Sequence record: ON000910.1
Reading direction: 5' to 3' (one strand)
DNA length: 64,000 bases
Below, one piece after another: positions 32,775-42,576 of the stretch. A model generated the notes under the pieces. That model had not been told where the DNA came from and ran no database searches. It saw nothing but the letters and a program-made list of their open reading frames with translations. Numbering within the stretch: the stretch's first letter is position 1; every line of letters starts with the position of its first letter. The position numbers and the translations under genes were made by a program.

Positions 32775-33506
32775 TTAAAACTCTTCTTCGTCTAGCGACA
32801 TTAATACTTTGTCTAAATCAGATACATCTGGAATAACACATTTTTTATGAACTTCTTCGAGTTCATTTTCGTCATTCCAATCGTCTTCATCATTATAGTC
32901 TAAACACTCAATAACGTCAACCGTTTTCTTCCCGATCTGAGCAGGACAGTTGATGTTTTGAGTTTTGTCATAGGCATCTACTACATACCGTAACTTACCG
33001 ATTGCAAATGCGTACAGCTTGGGTTTTTGATTCTCGTCGAGAACTAGCATTGCACATGCTCTATCGGCTGAACGTCGAACATTAGAAAGACGCAAACCGC
33101 ACGTGTAAAACGTCGGTAATTTATCACGTGTATCTCCGTTCGGGTACTTTACTTTGATTTTGTTCTGTCGCAATATTGATTTAAACCAATCTTCTTGCTG
33201 TTGATAATAATGATGATGCTCGTATCTTGCTGATTTGATACGTTTCATGCCGTTATTGGCTCTGTTTGATTCAGTGAAATTAGCATATAGATTCATTGAG
33301 TTTAAAAAGATGAGTGATTCAGCGTCCATTAATGTTATCTCTGCACGAAACCCGTCTAATTTCGACCCTTTGATTCTATTGTCGTACAATGTGTTTGTTA
33401 CACAGCGTACGTGATAGTGATCAAGTTTGCTAGTGTCGATCACTTCGAACTCATACCCCGCATTCCTAACGTTCTTCGTAGGAATGATGATTTCTGTTCT
33501 TTCCAT
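32775..33506 (-). CDS. Hypothetical protein
   Basis: GGGG SD before ATG 33506; acidic C-terminus. Confidence 0.65.
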   Translation of the reverse strand: MERTEIIIPTKNVRNAGYEFEVIDTSKLDHYHVRCVTNTLYDNRIKGSKLDGFRAEITLMDAESLIFLNSMNLYANFTESNRANNGMKRIKSARYEHHHYYQQQEDWFKSILRQNKIKVKYPNGDTRDKLPTFYTCGLRLSNVRRSADRACAMLVLDENQKPKLYAFAIGKLRYVVDAYDKTQNINCPAQIGKKTVDVIECLDYNDEDDWNDENELEEVHKKCVIPDVSDLDKVLMSLDEEEF

Positions 33507-33666
33507 TAATCGCCCCGATGTGCTGAAACGCACTCTTGTTGAGATAATTTGTAGATAGTGTGTGGAAAATTTTCGTAACTGACATATCACGAAATTCGGG
33601 CAACTGTTGTAACTGCTCTGCGATTTGAATTGAACATCGAACTTTCAATTGTTGATTTTCTTTCAT
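33466..33666 (-). CDS. Small hypothetical protein (possibly DNA-binding)
   Basis: GGAGGTG SD before ATG 33666. Confidence 0.5.
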   Translation of the reverse strand: MKENQQLKVRCSIQIAEQLQQLPEFRDMSVTKIFHTLSTNYLNKSAFQHIGAINGKNRNHHSYEER

Positions 33667-33739
33667 CGTCACCTCCGTCTAACTATTTTATGTCAAAACC
33701 TCTTAGTTCTAAACAAAAAAAGCGCCCGTAGGCGCTTTG

Positions 33740-34048
33740 TTAATTGAGTTTCGATGTAATCTGAACTCTATGTCGGTCTTTCTTCATATCATAGTCAGGC
33801 GAGTTGCGGTCATGAATGATAGAACCTAAAGCAGTTGTGTAATGCTTTGAGGTCTTAGTGACTAATGAATACACGCCACCAGGTACTGTTGCGTCATCAT
33901 AGATCTTGATGTTCACAATCTCACCTTCTTCGAGCTGAAGACTTTCGGTTATTTCTTTAGTCTCAAGTTCATACCACTGCTTGACTAGAATGTTGAAGTT
34001 ACCGACATCGATTATTTTAACCGTTTGATTGTCGATAAGTTTTGCCAT
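33740..34048 (-). CDS. Hypothetical protein
   Basis: Coupled to phoH; followed by terminator AAAGCGCC/GGCGCTTT. Confidence 0.65.
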   Translation of the reverse strand: MAKLIDNQTVKIIDVGNFNILVKQWYELETKEITESLQLEEGEIVNIKIYDDATVPGGVYSLVTKTSKHYTTALGSIIHDRNSPDYDMKKDRHRVQITSKLN

Positions 34049-34752
34049 TACTGAGCCTTGTCGATAATATCTAGTGCCATTTTACAAGCGCCAGAACGTA
34101 CTACGTCTTTATTAGTAAATTCGATGATTTCAATGCCTGAACGTTGTTGGTTACGAATTTCATTAACCATCCACGCTAGACCACTGAGTTCTTTCTGACC
34201 GGTGCGATAAATCATCTTGTGATCGTCTTGTTTCAAGTCGCCACAGAAAATCATTTTCGTATTCTCACCGATACGAGTCATAATAGTCTGAATTTCAGTC
34301 TTTGTTAAGTTCTGAGCTTCATCAACGATGATAAAACAATTGTCAAATGTCTTCCCGCGCACGAATTGAATCGGCTCTGCGTGAATGCGTTTACCCCAAT
34401 CACACTTGAACTTATCATCACCTAGGCGGTCTTTCAAAGGCTGTGTTACTGTTTGAATCCATGGTTCCATTTTTTCTTCGAGTGTACCCGGGAGGTAACC
34501 AAGTTCTTCACCGCATGAGAGTGTCGGTTTCAAGATAACGAATTGAGCGTATTCGAATGCTGAATACATGTCTGCGCCTAATGTAGTAGCAAGCCATGTC
34601 TTACCGGTACCCGCAGACCCAATCGCAAATACAAACGCACCCGAACCGTCTTCACCGACTTCTTCCCAAATCGCATCTGCATATTGCTCTTGATTGAAAG
34701 ATTTCAGTGTAACACGTTCTTGAATGCGCTCTTCTTTTTTCTTTTTGCCCAT
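34048..34752 (-). CDS. phoH: PhoH-like ATPase
   Basis: GSAGTGKT, LGYLPG.L.EKM.PW, RGKTFDN...VDEAQN, RIGEN.K..FCGD..Q. Confidence 0.92.
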   Translation of the reverse strand: MGKKKKEERIQERVTLKSFNQEQYADAIWEEVGEDGSGAFVFAIGSAGTGKTWLATTLGADMYSAFEYAQFVILKPTLSCGEELGYLPGTLEEKMEPWIQTVTQPLKDRLGDDKFKCDWGKRIHAEPIQFVRGKTFDNCFIIVDEAQNLTKTEIQTIMTRIGENTKMIFCGDLKQDDHKMIYRTGQKELSGLAWMVNEIRNQQRSGIEIIEFTNKDVVRSGACKMALDIIDKAQ

Positions 34753-34814
34753 GTAGTAGACCTTTTGTTGTGTGTTGACAATTTTATAGTAACTTCAATA
34801 ACCTAGATGTTAAA

Positions 34815-35300
34815 CTAAAGTTGACGGCGAATGACTTCGCTGTGACTAATCACACCTTCTTTCGGTGACCAACAATATACATCTGTGCCGTTTCGAACGT
34901 CGATGTGAACCCACGTCATCGCATTACCACTCTTCAACGGCCCACATTCAATGAATTTCACGTATGGGAATTCATCTGGGTTCTCTAAGATGTATTTACG
35001 CACTTCATGAGCAGCAATATCTCTGAATTTACAATCAGCCGCACGACCGTATTTGTGCTGAGAACGACTAGCAAGATATTTTTGAGCAGAACCATAGAAG
35101 TTCTCGTCTCTCATACCGCTGTCATCAAACGAACCGCCCCAACTCCAATCGTTTATGGTGCAGGGACCGAATCGTTCTCTGAGAGCGTCTAGCGTGCGTA
35201 ATAGACGGTCATCAAAAAGTGTCCAACATTTTTCACCCCAATTTCTATACATTTGAGGTGTCACGAGTTCTTGAATTTTAAAGTGTTTACATTTATACAT
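34815..35300 (-). CDS. Peptidase M15 family peptidoglycan hydrolase (probable endolysin)
   Basis: LD.LRE.FG, SQH.YGRAAD, WVHID zinc ligands. Confidence 0.82.
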   Translation of the reverse strand: MYKCKHFKIQELVTPQMYRNWGEKCWTLFDDRLLRTLDALRERFGPCTINDWSWGGSFDDSGMRDENFYGSAQKYLASRSQHKYGRAADCKFRDIAAHEVRKYILENPDEFPYVKFIECGPLKSGNAMTWVHIDVRNGTDVYCWSPKEGVISHSEVIRRQL

Positions 35301-35341
35301 GATTCAGTCCTAAAAAAGGGAGCGTTATTGCTCCCTAGTAT

Positions 35342-36451
35342 TTAGTAGTCGTCATCGTCGTCTTCGAATTCATCTGCGAGGTCATCCCACAGTTCTTCAA
35401 AGTGAGCAATGAATTTCTCTGGCTTGTACTGGTCCCAGTAATCGAACGAACGATGGTTTACCGTTTCAGTGCGCATTTCTGCCATATCAAATTCGCCGTC
35501 CATTTCCCAATACATTTCTGGCATTGATTCTTCAATTACGTCACCGTCAGCGTAGATGAAATTGAAATGACTTGCAGGAATTCGACCTTTGTACCCGAAT
35601 ACACCTATGCGAGTACTCAACCCACCCAGACGTTTGCCGAATCGACTTTCAATATCATCTTTGTGATACTTCGTCCCGTCTCCGCGTTGATGTGGTAATT
35701 GATAGAATATGTCAGCATAACCGAGTTCGCTTGCTTCTTCTGAATTTGCACCTAGTACATCAATTACAACGTCATAATCAGACACAAGCTTGCTTTCGTC
35801 TGGTATACGAATCTCGATTATCACAGGGAACGAGTTGTTTCGGTTCGCTGAGTGTGTCGCATGAAACATTGCTTTATCAAGTTCAGTCGTAATGAATACT
35901 TTATCAGCATGTTCAATATTATCAAATTGAGTTTCGCCTGGGTTCGGCTTCAGACCAAACTTCAACATTGATTCGATGTATGCTGTCGATGTGCCATGAT
36001 AAAACGTCTTTTGTGACAGTTTCTTGTTGAATTCATATCGATCTGTTTCGAAATCGTGCTCAACTTCATCGTAATCAGGGTTAAATGATTGCGTGCGACG
36101 AGTTACACCGTTTAGATTAAGTGCTTTGATCGTCTTACGAAGCGTGTCAGACGTTACAGACGGTCGGTAAGCAGAATCCCCGAACATATCTAGTCTGCCG
36201 TTCTCAATCGTCGCGTATACCGCTTGTGCGCCTTCTCTATACCAATCGTCTAGATCGTATTCTTCCTCGAAGTCAGTTCCCAACTCGCGATTGATGAATG
36301 GCACTAGACGTTCAAACTCTCTATCGTTATTCCATACCCAAATATTCTTACCGTTAGCAAGTACTTTTGAGCCGTTTCGTGGTCGCCCGCCGCGAATAAA
36401 AACCTCAGTGACTAACTGAAGTTCTTCCATAAAAGATTTTAGATTTTTCAT
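35342..36451 (-). CDS. Putative virion-packaged ADP-ribosyltransferase-fold (Tpt1/KptA-like) protein
   Basis: FYHGTS....ESMLKFGLKP...VFIT...A motif; MKNLKSFMEE N-terminus; CATAAATA late promoter at 36472-36479 (-). Confidence 0.6.
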   Translation of the reverse strand: MKNLKSFMEELQLVTEVFIRGGRPRNGSKVLANGKNIWVWNNDREFERLVPFINRELGTDFEEEYDLDDWYREGAQAVYATIENGRLDMFGDSAYRPSVTSDTLRKTIKALNLNGVTRRTQSFNPDYDEVEHDFETDRYEFNKKLSQKTFYHGTSTAYIESMLKFGLKPNPGETQFDNIEHADKVFITTELDKAMFHATHSANRNNSFPVIIEIRIPDESKLVSDYDVVIDVLGANSEEASELGYADIFYQLPHQRGDGTKYHKDDIESRFGKRLGGLSTRIGVFGYKGRIPASHFNFIYADGDVIEESMPEMYWEMDGEFDMAEMRTETVNHRSFDYWDQYKPEKFIAHFEELWDDLADEFEDDDDDY

Positions 36452-36528
36452 ACAATACCTCATTTTACTTGTATTTATGTCAGACACAAAAAAGCCCCAA
36501 TTAAGGGGCTTTATGAAACTGTCATCGT

Positions 36529-36801
36529 TTACGAGGTGAATTCTTCAACTCGCTTCGCAACTCGTTCGGCGCGTTCTTTAGACTGTGCATGTACGTTGTT
36601 CTGTGCTGCAAGCTCTTGTGCGCGGCGCTCAACTTCTTCACGGGCACGACGCTCTTCCGCTTCGTTTGCTTCAATCTGTTCTTGATCGAACTGAGCACGT
36701 GCGCGAAGCTCATTTGCTTTTTGATTCATGTCGTCAAGAATGTCTTCAGTTGGACGTGGAGTATTTGTAAAGATTGCTACTAGTTTTTGAAAGAATGTCA
36801 T
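36529..36801 (-). CDS. Coiled-coil hypothetical protein
   Basis: Glu/Arg/Ala-rich helix. Confidence 0.65.
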   Translation of the reverse strand: MTFFQKLVAIFTNTPRPTEDILDDMNQKANELRARAQFDQEQIEANEAEERRAREEVERRAQELAAQNNVHAQSKERAERVAKRVEEFTS

Positions 36802-36808
36802 GTTTTTC

Positions 36809-37078
36809 TCACTTCTGTTGTAGGCGTTTATAGCCTTTGATAATGTATTCACGATATTTGTATTCGAGCGTGTTTGACCACAAGTCGATACCGTTATTTT
36901 GAATCTGTTCAGTCACAACAACGACGCGATTTGGGTCGCATTGTAGACCATCATTTAACAGCACTTTGTACTGCGTAAAACCCGTGACTATGCATGGCTC
37001 GACGCACAATCGTTCTTTTGAAAGACGAAACACAATATCTTTCATTTCAATAACGTTGCCGAGCACATCTTTATGCAT
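36809..37078 (-). CDS. Hypothetical protein
   Basis: ATG overlapping the upstream stop. Confidence 0.55.
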   Translation of the reverse strand: MHKDVLGNVIEMKDIVFRLSKERLCVEPCIVTGFTQYKVLLNDGLQCDPNRVVVVTEQIQNNGIDLWSNTLEYKYREYIIKGYKRLQQK

Positions 37079-37370
37079 CTTTAAAGTCATCCCAAGTTGG
37101 TCGAGGTAGTTGCTCAGTACCGAAATTCGGTCCACTGAACATGTACTTACACCACGCATCAAAGATTTCATTACGACGTTCATTGCAAATTCTAGATTTC
37201 AATATTCGCAAATTCTTTCGTCCCTGTTCCCACTTCGAGTGAGAATCACTGAATTCATGATACCAATCGAACCCTTCACAATCATGAAAGAATTGATGAT
37301 CGTCGGACTCGGGTATGAACTTGGGCTTTTGGGGTGGCATGGGTATACCAGCTAAAACATTATTCATCAT
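37071..37370 (-). CDS. Hypothetical protein
   Basis: Coupled ORF. Confidence 0.6.
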   Translation of the reverse strand: MMNNVLAGIPMPPQKPKFIPESDDHQFFHDCEGFDWYHEFSDSHSKWEQGRKNLRILKSRICNERRNEIFDAWCKYMFSGPNFGTEQLPRPTWDDFKDA

Positions 37371-37515
37371 AGGCTTTCCCTTTATGTTTCATCTTGCGCT
37401 TAGTCAAACGTTTCGATTTTTTCTTTCGATCTTCTTCAACAGAAGCGTGATTGAAAGTGTTCATGTGCTTCGCAACAAAGTTTTGAGGTTTGTTGTTCTC
37501 TTTATTTTTAGACAT
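37360..37515 (-). CDS. Small basic protein, 51 aa (missed by the ORF track)
   Basis: MSKNKENNKPQNFVAKHMNTFN...DRKKKSKR...KHKGK; GGAG SD. Confidence 0.65.
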   Translation of the reverse strand: MSKNKENNKPQNFVAKHMNTFNHASVEEDRKKKSKRLTKRKMKHKGKAYDE

Positions 37516-37580
37516 TAGATTCTCCATTTTATATGTCGATTCGCAATTAATTATACACGAATCGACATTTTTATCAACTA

Positions 37581-37835
37581 CTATTTAGCTGTTTTCGTCT
37601 TTTTGTAGTTCTTATACAGTGCGGTACCACTGATGTAAATCCAGAATAGCTCAATCATGAAGCTACCTAGGTTGAAGTTGATTAGTAAACTAATCGTAAG
37701 TAGTATAGCACCCGACATATTAGTCCACAAGTACTTATTATCAGTAGGCTTATATTTCTCACTCGTCACCATCCAGAATGCCAGACAGATTAGAATCATA
37801 CCGATAGTACCAACTACGTGACCAAAAAGAATCAT
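37581..37835 (-). CDS. Small three-TM membrane protein (CBU_0592-like)
   Basis: G.IG..LI..AF ... Y...N..GAILL.ISL...FNL.SF.IE.FW. Confidence 0.65.
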   Translation of the reverse strand: MILFGHVVGTIGMILICLAFWMVTSEKYKPTDNKYLWTNMSGAILLTISLLINFNLGSFMIELFWIYISGTALYKNYKKTKTAK

Positions 37836-37873
37836 ATTATTTTCTCACTTTAAAAGGGGAATAAAAAGGGCAC

Positions 37874-38758
37874 TTATGTGCCCACCGCGTTACCCCAAAT
37901 CCATACGTGTACACGAACAGAAACGTTGTAACCACGCTCCAATGCTTTCCCTGCAATTGAAGCCATATAACCATCTTGCTCTTGCTCTTCTTGAGTAGCA
38001 CCACATGGCATGATATACACTGGAACATTGTGTAAGTTGTTTTCTACTTTATACAACGCAATTGTTGTATCAAGCTCGTCCCAACACGCTTCCTTGTCTA
38101 CGACAACTGGTTTCAACCAAACGTCTGCGATGCGTGCATATTTGTTAACAACTTTAGGCTTAATTGCTTTCTCTGCAACTTCACCTGTTACGTTGAATAA
38201 CTTAAACGATACACTGAAGCTCAACTGTGGTTTCTCAGAACGAGCTTTCCATTGAATCAATGCCCAACGTTCTGAAAATTCGGGCTTGAGATCTCGCGTA
38301 CCGTTTGTTTCAATCGTGATATGTTTTGGGTAATTGTCGATTTCGATGAAGTAATTCATCATTTCGATGATCTGTGATTGGTTCATCATAGGCTCACCGC
38401 CCGTAATTACCCAATGAATTTCTCCCCATTCTCGATTAGGCAGTTTGTCAAGCATTGCTTCGCAAACGTCTGGTACTTCAGACTTAGAAGCAAGATGAGC
38501 ATACTTTTTAGCCCACGTGTATGAAGAGTCACAACCACGAGTCCATACAGGTAGATCTTCAACTGAAGTCACGTTGTTTGCTTTCGGGTCGTAATCTTTG
38601 AAATCTAAAACCCATGTGTCTTTGTTCGTCGGGTCTTCTTGACCGAAGCCGTGACATTCTAAATTACAACCCCAGAAGCGAAAGAATAAACTAGCTTGAC
38701 CAGTGTATTTGCCTTCACCTTGAACGCTGTAAAACATTTCTGTCCATCGTACCTGCAT
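37874..38758 (-). CDS. queE: QueE-like radical SAM 7-carboxy-7-deazaguanine synthase
   Basis: E.FYSVQGEG.Y.G..S.F.RF.GCNL.C, CDS, ITGGEPM, IETNGT, S.R.H..IWG. Confidence 0.85.
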   Translation of the reverse strand: MQVRWTEMFYSVQGEGKYTGQASLFFRFWGCNLECHGFGQEDPTNKDTWVLDFKDYDPKANNVTSVEDLPVWTRGCDSSYTWAKKYAHLASKSEVPDVCEAMLDKLPNREWGEIHWVITGGEPMMNQSQIIEMMNYFIEIDNYPKHITIETNGTRDLKPEFSERWALIQWKARSEKPQLSFSVSFKLFNVTGEVAEKAIKPKVVNKYARIADVWLKPVVVDKEACWDELDTTIALYKVENNLHNVPVYIMPCGATQEEQEQDGYMASIAGKALERGYNVSVRVHVWIWGNAVGT

Positions 38759-38766
38759 ATATTACC

Positions 38767-39009
38767 TTACTCTGTTGGGTTCCAGACGTACAAAGGCGTT
38801 TTCTTATTGCCTTTGAATTCATTGTAACCGTGAGGGATTTCACCAACACGTTTCGCTTGTCTGGCTTGTGATTTTGATTTGTATAGACCAAGATGACAAA
38901 CTAAGTCAGTAAGTGTGAAAGTGCTAGGCACTCTCACAACTTCTTCGTCCGCAAATAATGTCGCTTGGTCGTTCGGCTGAATGTTGCCGTTTTCGACTAT
39001 AATGTTCAT
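38767..39009 (-). CDS. Small protein with S4-like motif
   Basis: LTDLVCHLGLYKSKSQARQA..VG. Confidence 0.55.
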   Translation of the reverse strand: MNIIVENGNIQPNDQATLFADEEVVRVPSTFTLTDLVCHLGLYKSKSQARQAKRVGEIPHGYNEFKGNKKTPLYVWNPTE

Positions 39010-40295
39010 TATATTGCCTTTAAGTCTTTGATAAACTCTTTATGTGGAGTTGTTTTCTTCCAATATAAGAGTTCTTTTTGTGCTGCTGCTGCATCTTTTT
39101 CAAGACGTGCAATCTCGTCGTCGGTCATTTTATCAACCGACATATTTAGAAGATCGTTGACATGATCTTTAAATGCGTCTTCTGCTTTAAGCTCTGCTGC
39201 TACTTCAGCACGCTTCTTACCGAATAGAACAATTTTACCAGACACAACACGCTTGATGAACTCAACTTTAGCAATCGCTAGTGATGAACGCTTCTCTGTG
39301 CGCTCTGAAGAGTCTTTAATTCGTTTAGGTAAGAATGATAGACGAAAGTCAACGAACCACTTCACAAGTTCTCGTGCGTCGTCAAAATGACGAATCTGAT
39401 AATTCTCGTCGATGACGTTGATGTTCTGTGTAAATGTGCTTTGCAGTTTCAGAGTTTTGATTACGAAGTCTTCGGTCATTTTTGCACCGCGCTTGAATCG
39501 AACACGAAACTGAAATGTTTCACCTGTTTCATCAACGTAGCTACTGATTTTACCTTGTTCTACGAGCTTGTCAAGTTCTTTGATATATTTCGTGTGGTCG
39601 AAACCAGTCGGGATTTCAGTAACAACTACCGTCAAACCGCTAACTTCAAAGTTGCCGATCTGAGCGTATTTGTTGTGTTCGAGTTTAACGATCTTGCCGT
39701 GAAATTCAGGGAACTTCAGAACGGGTTCGCTAATCTCTTTACCCGAAAGATATTCAACAACTGCTTTCTTAACCCATTCTGGGTCATGCGGTAGAATGTT
39801 ACACGCAAAACCAGTTGCAATACCCTCAATACCATTCAGTAGAACCATCGGGACAACAGGCACATAGAACTGAGGTGGTACATGCTCAACGTCTTTATGT
39901 TCAGGTGATAGATGAATATCTTTGAAATATTTGTCAAAGTTTTCATGTAACTTTGCATAAACGTAACGAGCAGACGCAGACACTTTAACCATGCGAGAAC
40001 CAAAGTTACCGCGACCTTGAACAATCGGTACGTTGTTTGTCCACTCTGCTGCCATACGCGCTAGAGCGTCTTGTGCTGCTGTCTCGCCGTGATTGTAACC
40101 AATCTTTGACACTGAGCTTCCCAACGCTGCGACCTTGTCAAAAGACGTACTAGCGTCTTTGATGACGTTATACAATACAAAACGATGCACTGGCTTGAGA
40201 CCATCAATCCCATTAGCCAGTGCTCGATTCTCGATTGTATACATTGCGTATTCTAACGCTTCATCATTTGTAATACTTGATAATGTACGTTGCAT
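39009..40295 (-). CDS. 52: DNA topoisomerase II medium subunit gp52
   Basis: DGLKPVHR, YNHGE, GNFGSR..K.SASARY, NG.EGIATGFA. Confidence 0.93.
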   Translation of the reverse strand: MQRTLSSITNDEALEYAMYTIENRALANGIDGLKPVHRFVLYNVIKDASTSFDKVAALGSSVSKIGYNHGETAAQDALARMAAEWTNNVPIVQGRGNFGSRMVKVSASARYVYAKLHENFDKYFKDIHLSPEHKDVEHVPPQFYVPVVPMVLLNGIEGIATGFACNILPHDPEWVKKAVVEYLSGKEISEPVLKFPEFHGKIVKLEHNKYAQIGNFEVSGLTVVVTEIPTGFDHTKYIKELDKLVEQGKISSYVDETGETFQFRVRFKRGAKMTEDFVIKTLKLQSTFTQNINVIDENYQIRHFDDARELVKWFVDFRLSFLPKRIKDSSERTEKRSSLAIAKVEFIKRVVSGKIVLFGKKRAEVAAELKAEDAFKDHVNDLLNMSVDKMTDDEIARLEKDAAAAQKELLYWKKTTPHKEFIKDLKAI

Positions 40296-40340
40296 TTTTC
40301 CCTCGTATGAAAAACGGGGCTTTACAGCCCCTCAAAGAGT

Positions 40341-41345
40341 TTATTTACGCTTCTTAGATAGCATAGTCATCTTAGCAAGCATTTCCCATTTAGTCGGTGA
40401 TGTTAGCATCATATCTGCGATGTGTAAACATGTGCGAAGCGACAGAGCACGTAGTTCAAGCATGTGTTTCTCAATCCAAGCTATCATGTCAGCGATTTGT
40501 GATGCGTTTAGACCTAGATCTTCTAGCATTGTAGTTGCTGCTACAACTTGCTTGATGCGAACCATGATTTCTTCTTTTGTATGTACACCTAAGTCAAGGT
40601 AGATGCTACGCGAAATCAGTGCGCTGAAGTGCGGTGAAAGTTTAGTATTCGCTTCAAGTTCACGGTCAAAGTCTTTGTTTGAGATAAAGATTACTGTACC
40701 TTCAAACAAGAATTCTTGTTCGATGCCTTGCTCTTCTAAGTAAGAACTTGCTTTCGCCCATGAAACCCAACGCTCTTCACCAGTGTCTAGTGCTGCTTTT
40801 AGAACGTTCATTTGATCTTCATCTTTGAAAACGTCTACGTCATCTAGAAGAAGAACTGAATCAGGGTGACGGCATTCCCATAGTTTTGTGAACAGACCGA
40901 TACCAGAACATGTACCTGCAACTTTCTTGAATGTGATATCACCGCGTTCTTGAGCTTGATTTAACTCGCGTTCAAGCGTGAACGTCTTACCCACACCCGC
41001 TGCACCTGAGATAAGTAGCGATTTAACGTGACCCGCGATTGCACCGACAGTAAAGATGTCCATCGCTTCGAACGCTTCAGTGATACGCTCTGCAATTTGT
41101 TCTTCAGTTTCAGCTTCAACGACTGGTGCAAGTGCAGGTACTGCTGTTTGTGATGCGTCAGCTTCGTCTACGTACTGTACGTCTTCTTTGTTTACGCGAA
41201 TAGTACGTACTGCACCATCAAGCATAATCTTCATACGACCGTTTTTCTCACCGGCATCTGAACTATTCCAAACTCGTTCGATAAGAGTGTAAGTGCCGTT
41301 GATTTCAGTTTTACGAAAAAGACCGTTTGTGATGATAGCTTGCAT
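40341..41345 (-). CDS. nrdC.10: NrdC.10-like AAA ATPase
   Basis: SLLISGAAGVGKT, SGIGLF, LDDVDVF, LKAALDTGE.R.V.W..ASSYLEE as in T4 NrdC.10. Confidence 0.85.
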   Translation of the reverse strand: MQAIITNGLFRKTEINGTYTLIERVWNSSDAGEKNGRMKIMLDGAVRTIRVNKEDVQYVDEADASQTAVPALAPVVEAETEEQIAERITEAFEAMDIFTVGAIAGHVKSLLISGAAGVGKTFTLERELNQAQERGDITFKKVAGTCSGIGLFTKLWECRHPDSVLLLDDVDVFKDEDQMNVLKAALDTGEERWVSWAKASSYLEEQGIEQEFLFEGTVIFISNKDFDRELEANTKLSPHFSALISRSIYLDLGVHTKEEIMVRIKQVVAATTMLEDLGLNASQIADMIAWIEKHMLELRALSLRTCLHIADMMLTSPTKWEMLAKMTMLSKKRK

Positions 41346-41445
41346 ATAATGTTCTCTCTTTTAGTTAGTTGCGTTGTTCTCTTCAACACCGTCTATATTA
41401 ATGATTTTTGAGACCAACGCAACCACTTTTTGCATTTTTTTAAAT

Positions 41446-41631
41446 TTATTTCCAATCAGTGTCATTACCGACGCGAATTAAACTTTGGCGCTTGTTGCAA
41501 TGTGTACACACTCGCTTGCTACCTTTCTTGTATTCCCATGTATGCCAACCAAACATACAAAAGATTTTCTTCAGCCATGGGTTTTGCAGTACAAAAAATA
41601 GAACTGCTGCCAGAAATATAATCATGTTCAT
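41446..41631 (-). CDS. Small Zn-ribbon protein (C..FGWH.W...C..C)
   Basis: KIFCMFGWHTWE...CTHC. Confidence 0.6.
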   Translation of the reverse strand: MNMIIFLAAVLFFVLQNPWLKKIFCMFGWHTWEYKKGSKRVCTHCNKRQSLIRVGNDTDWK

Positions 41632-42203
41632 TAGTATAGACCTCTCATTAATTGTGGTTTGCAAGCTTTTAACTTGCGCATTGTGTTGATTATCTTACTT
41701 GCATACTTCTCAGCACGAGGTTCCCAACGTTTACCTTTGTAGAAACCACCGTTATAGCTCGCATACACTTCACGCCAATTGTGATGACCTCGAATCTTTT
41801 TCCAATATTCAAGCTCTTCTATTGCAAGCTGCACTGATACAGTACGATCAGTAAGCAATATCGTTTTCACGTCTTCAGGGTTATTGAGGTCATACGGACC
41901 GAAATCTCGACCTGCTTTCTCCCATCGCTTCAAGCGCGTTGTTGCTGTTTTGATGTTGTTTTGCATCAAACCATAGTCTTTCGTTCTATGGTTTATCATC
42001 TGCTCACCCGCACTTGATTCGACAATTGCGATTGCTGCTAGAGACCAGCTCAAATCATTAAACCAACCATTCACAAACACTGCACGTACATTATGCCATT
42101 GCTTTTCAGACAATTCTTGACCGTTAAATTTCACGTGACACTGATTGCTTGCAGTTGCATTAAATGCACACACTGCTAAAAGCAGCGTAAATAACTTCTT
42201 CAT
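41631..42203 (-). CDS. Secreted lytic transglycosylase (SLT), T4 vs.1-like
   Basis: Signal peptide MKKLF...ATA; AIAIVESSAG, DYGLMQ.N, ASYNGG. Confidence 0.78.
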   Translation of the reverse strand: MKKLFTLLLAVCAFNATASNQCHVKFNGQELSEKQWHNVRAVFVNGWFNDLSWSLAAIAIVESSAGEQMINHRTKDYGLMQNNIKTATTRLKRWEKAGRDFGPYDLNNPEDVKTILLTDRTVSVQLAIEELEYWKKIRGHHNWREVYASYNGGFYKGKRWEPRAEKYASKIINTMRKLKACKPQLMRGLY

Positions 42204-42237
42204 ATTTGATCTCTTTGTCGATTTAGCACACGAATGA

Positions 42238-42270
42238 TACAAAAAAGGGCTGACATCTGTCAACCCTTTT
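42238..42270 (-). promoter_or_regulatory. Combined terminator/early promoter cassette, identical to 61680-61712
   Basis: - strand AAAAGGGTTGACAGATGTCAGCCCTTTTTTGTA: TTGACA inside a hairpin followed by T6 and a -10 element. Confidence 0.7.
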
Positions 42271-42276
42271 CTTTAA

Positions 42277-42576
42277 TTATTTTGCACGCGCTTCCCATCG
42301 CGCTTCTTCAAGTGCATGAATTTTTGCCTTGAAGTCATCAAACCCACCAACATGAACACCATCAAAGAACACTTGTGGTAGAGTCTTTAACTCTTGACCA
42401 AGTTCGTGCATTCGCCTTTCAAGTTCTTCACGGTTATGTTTATGTGCGTCTGTAACCTTTTCTTTTGCAAGCGGAATGAAATCGAAAATCAAACCACGTG
42501 TTTCAGCTAGTCGTTTTGCTTTCAAGCAAGGAACGCAGCGAAAATCGCTTTCGTCCCAACCAAATATTTCTAACAA
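42277..42576 (-). CDS. nrdC: Glutaredoxin/thioredoxin NrdC
   Basis: CVPC, TLPQVFFDG.HVGGFDD. Confidence 0.88.
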   Translation of the reverse strand: MLEIFGWDESDFRCVPCLKAKRLAETRGLIFDFIPLAKEKVTDAHKHNREELERRMHELGQELKTLPQVFFDGVHVGGFDDFKAKIHALEEARWEARAK

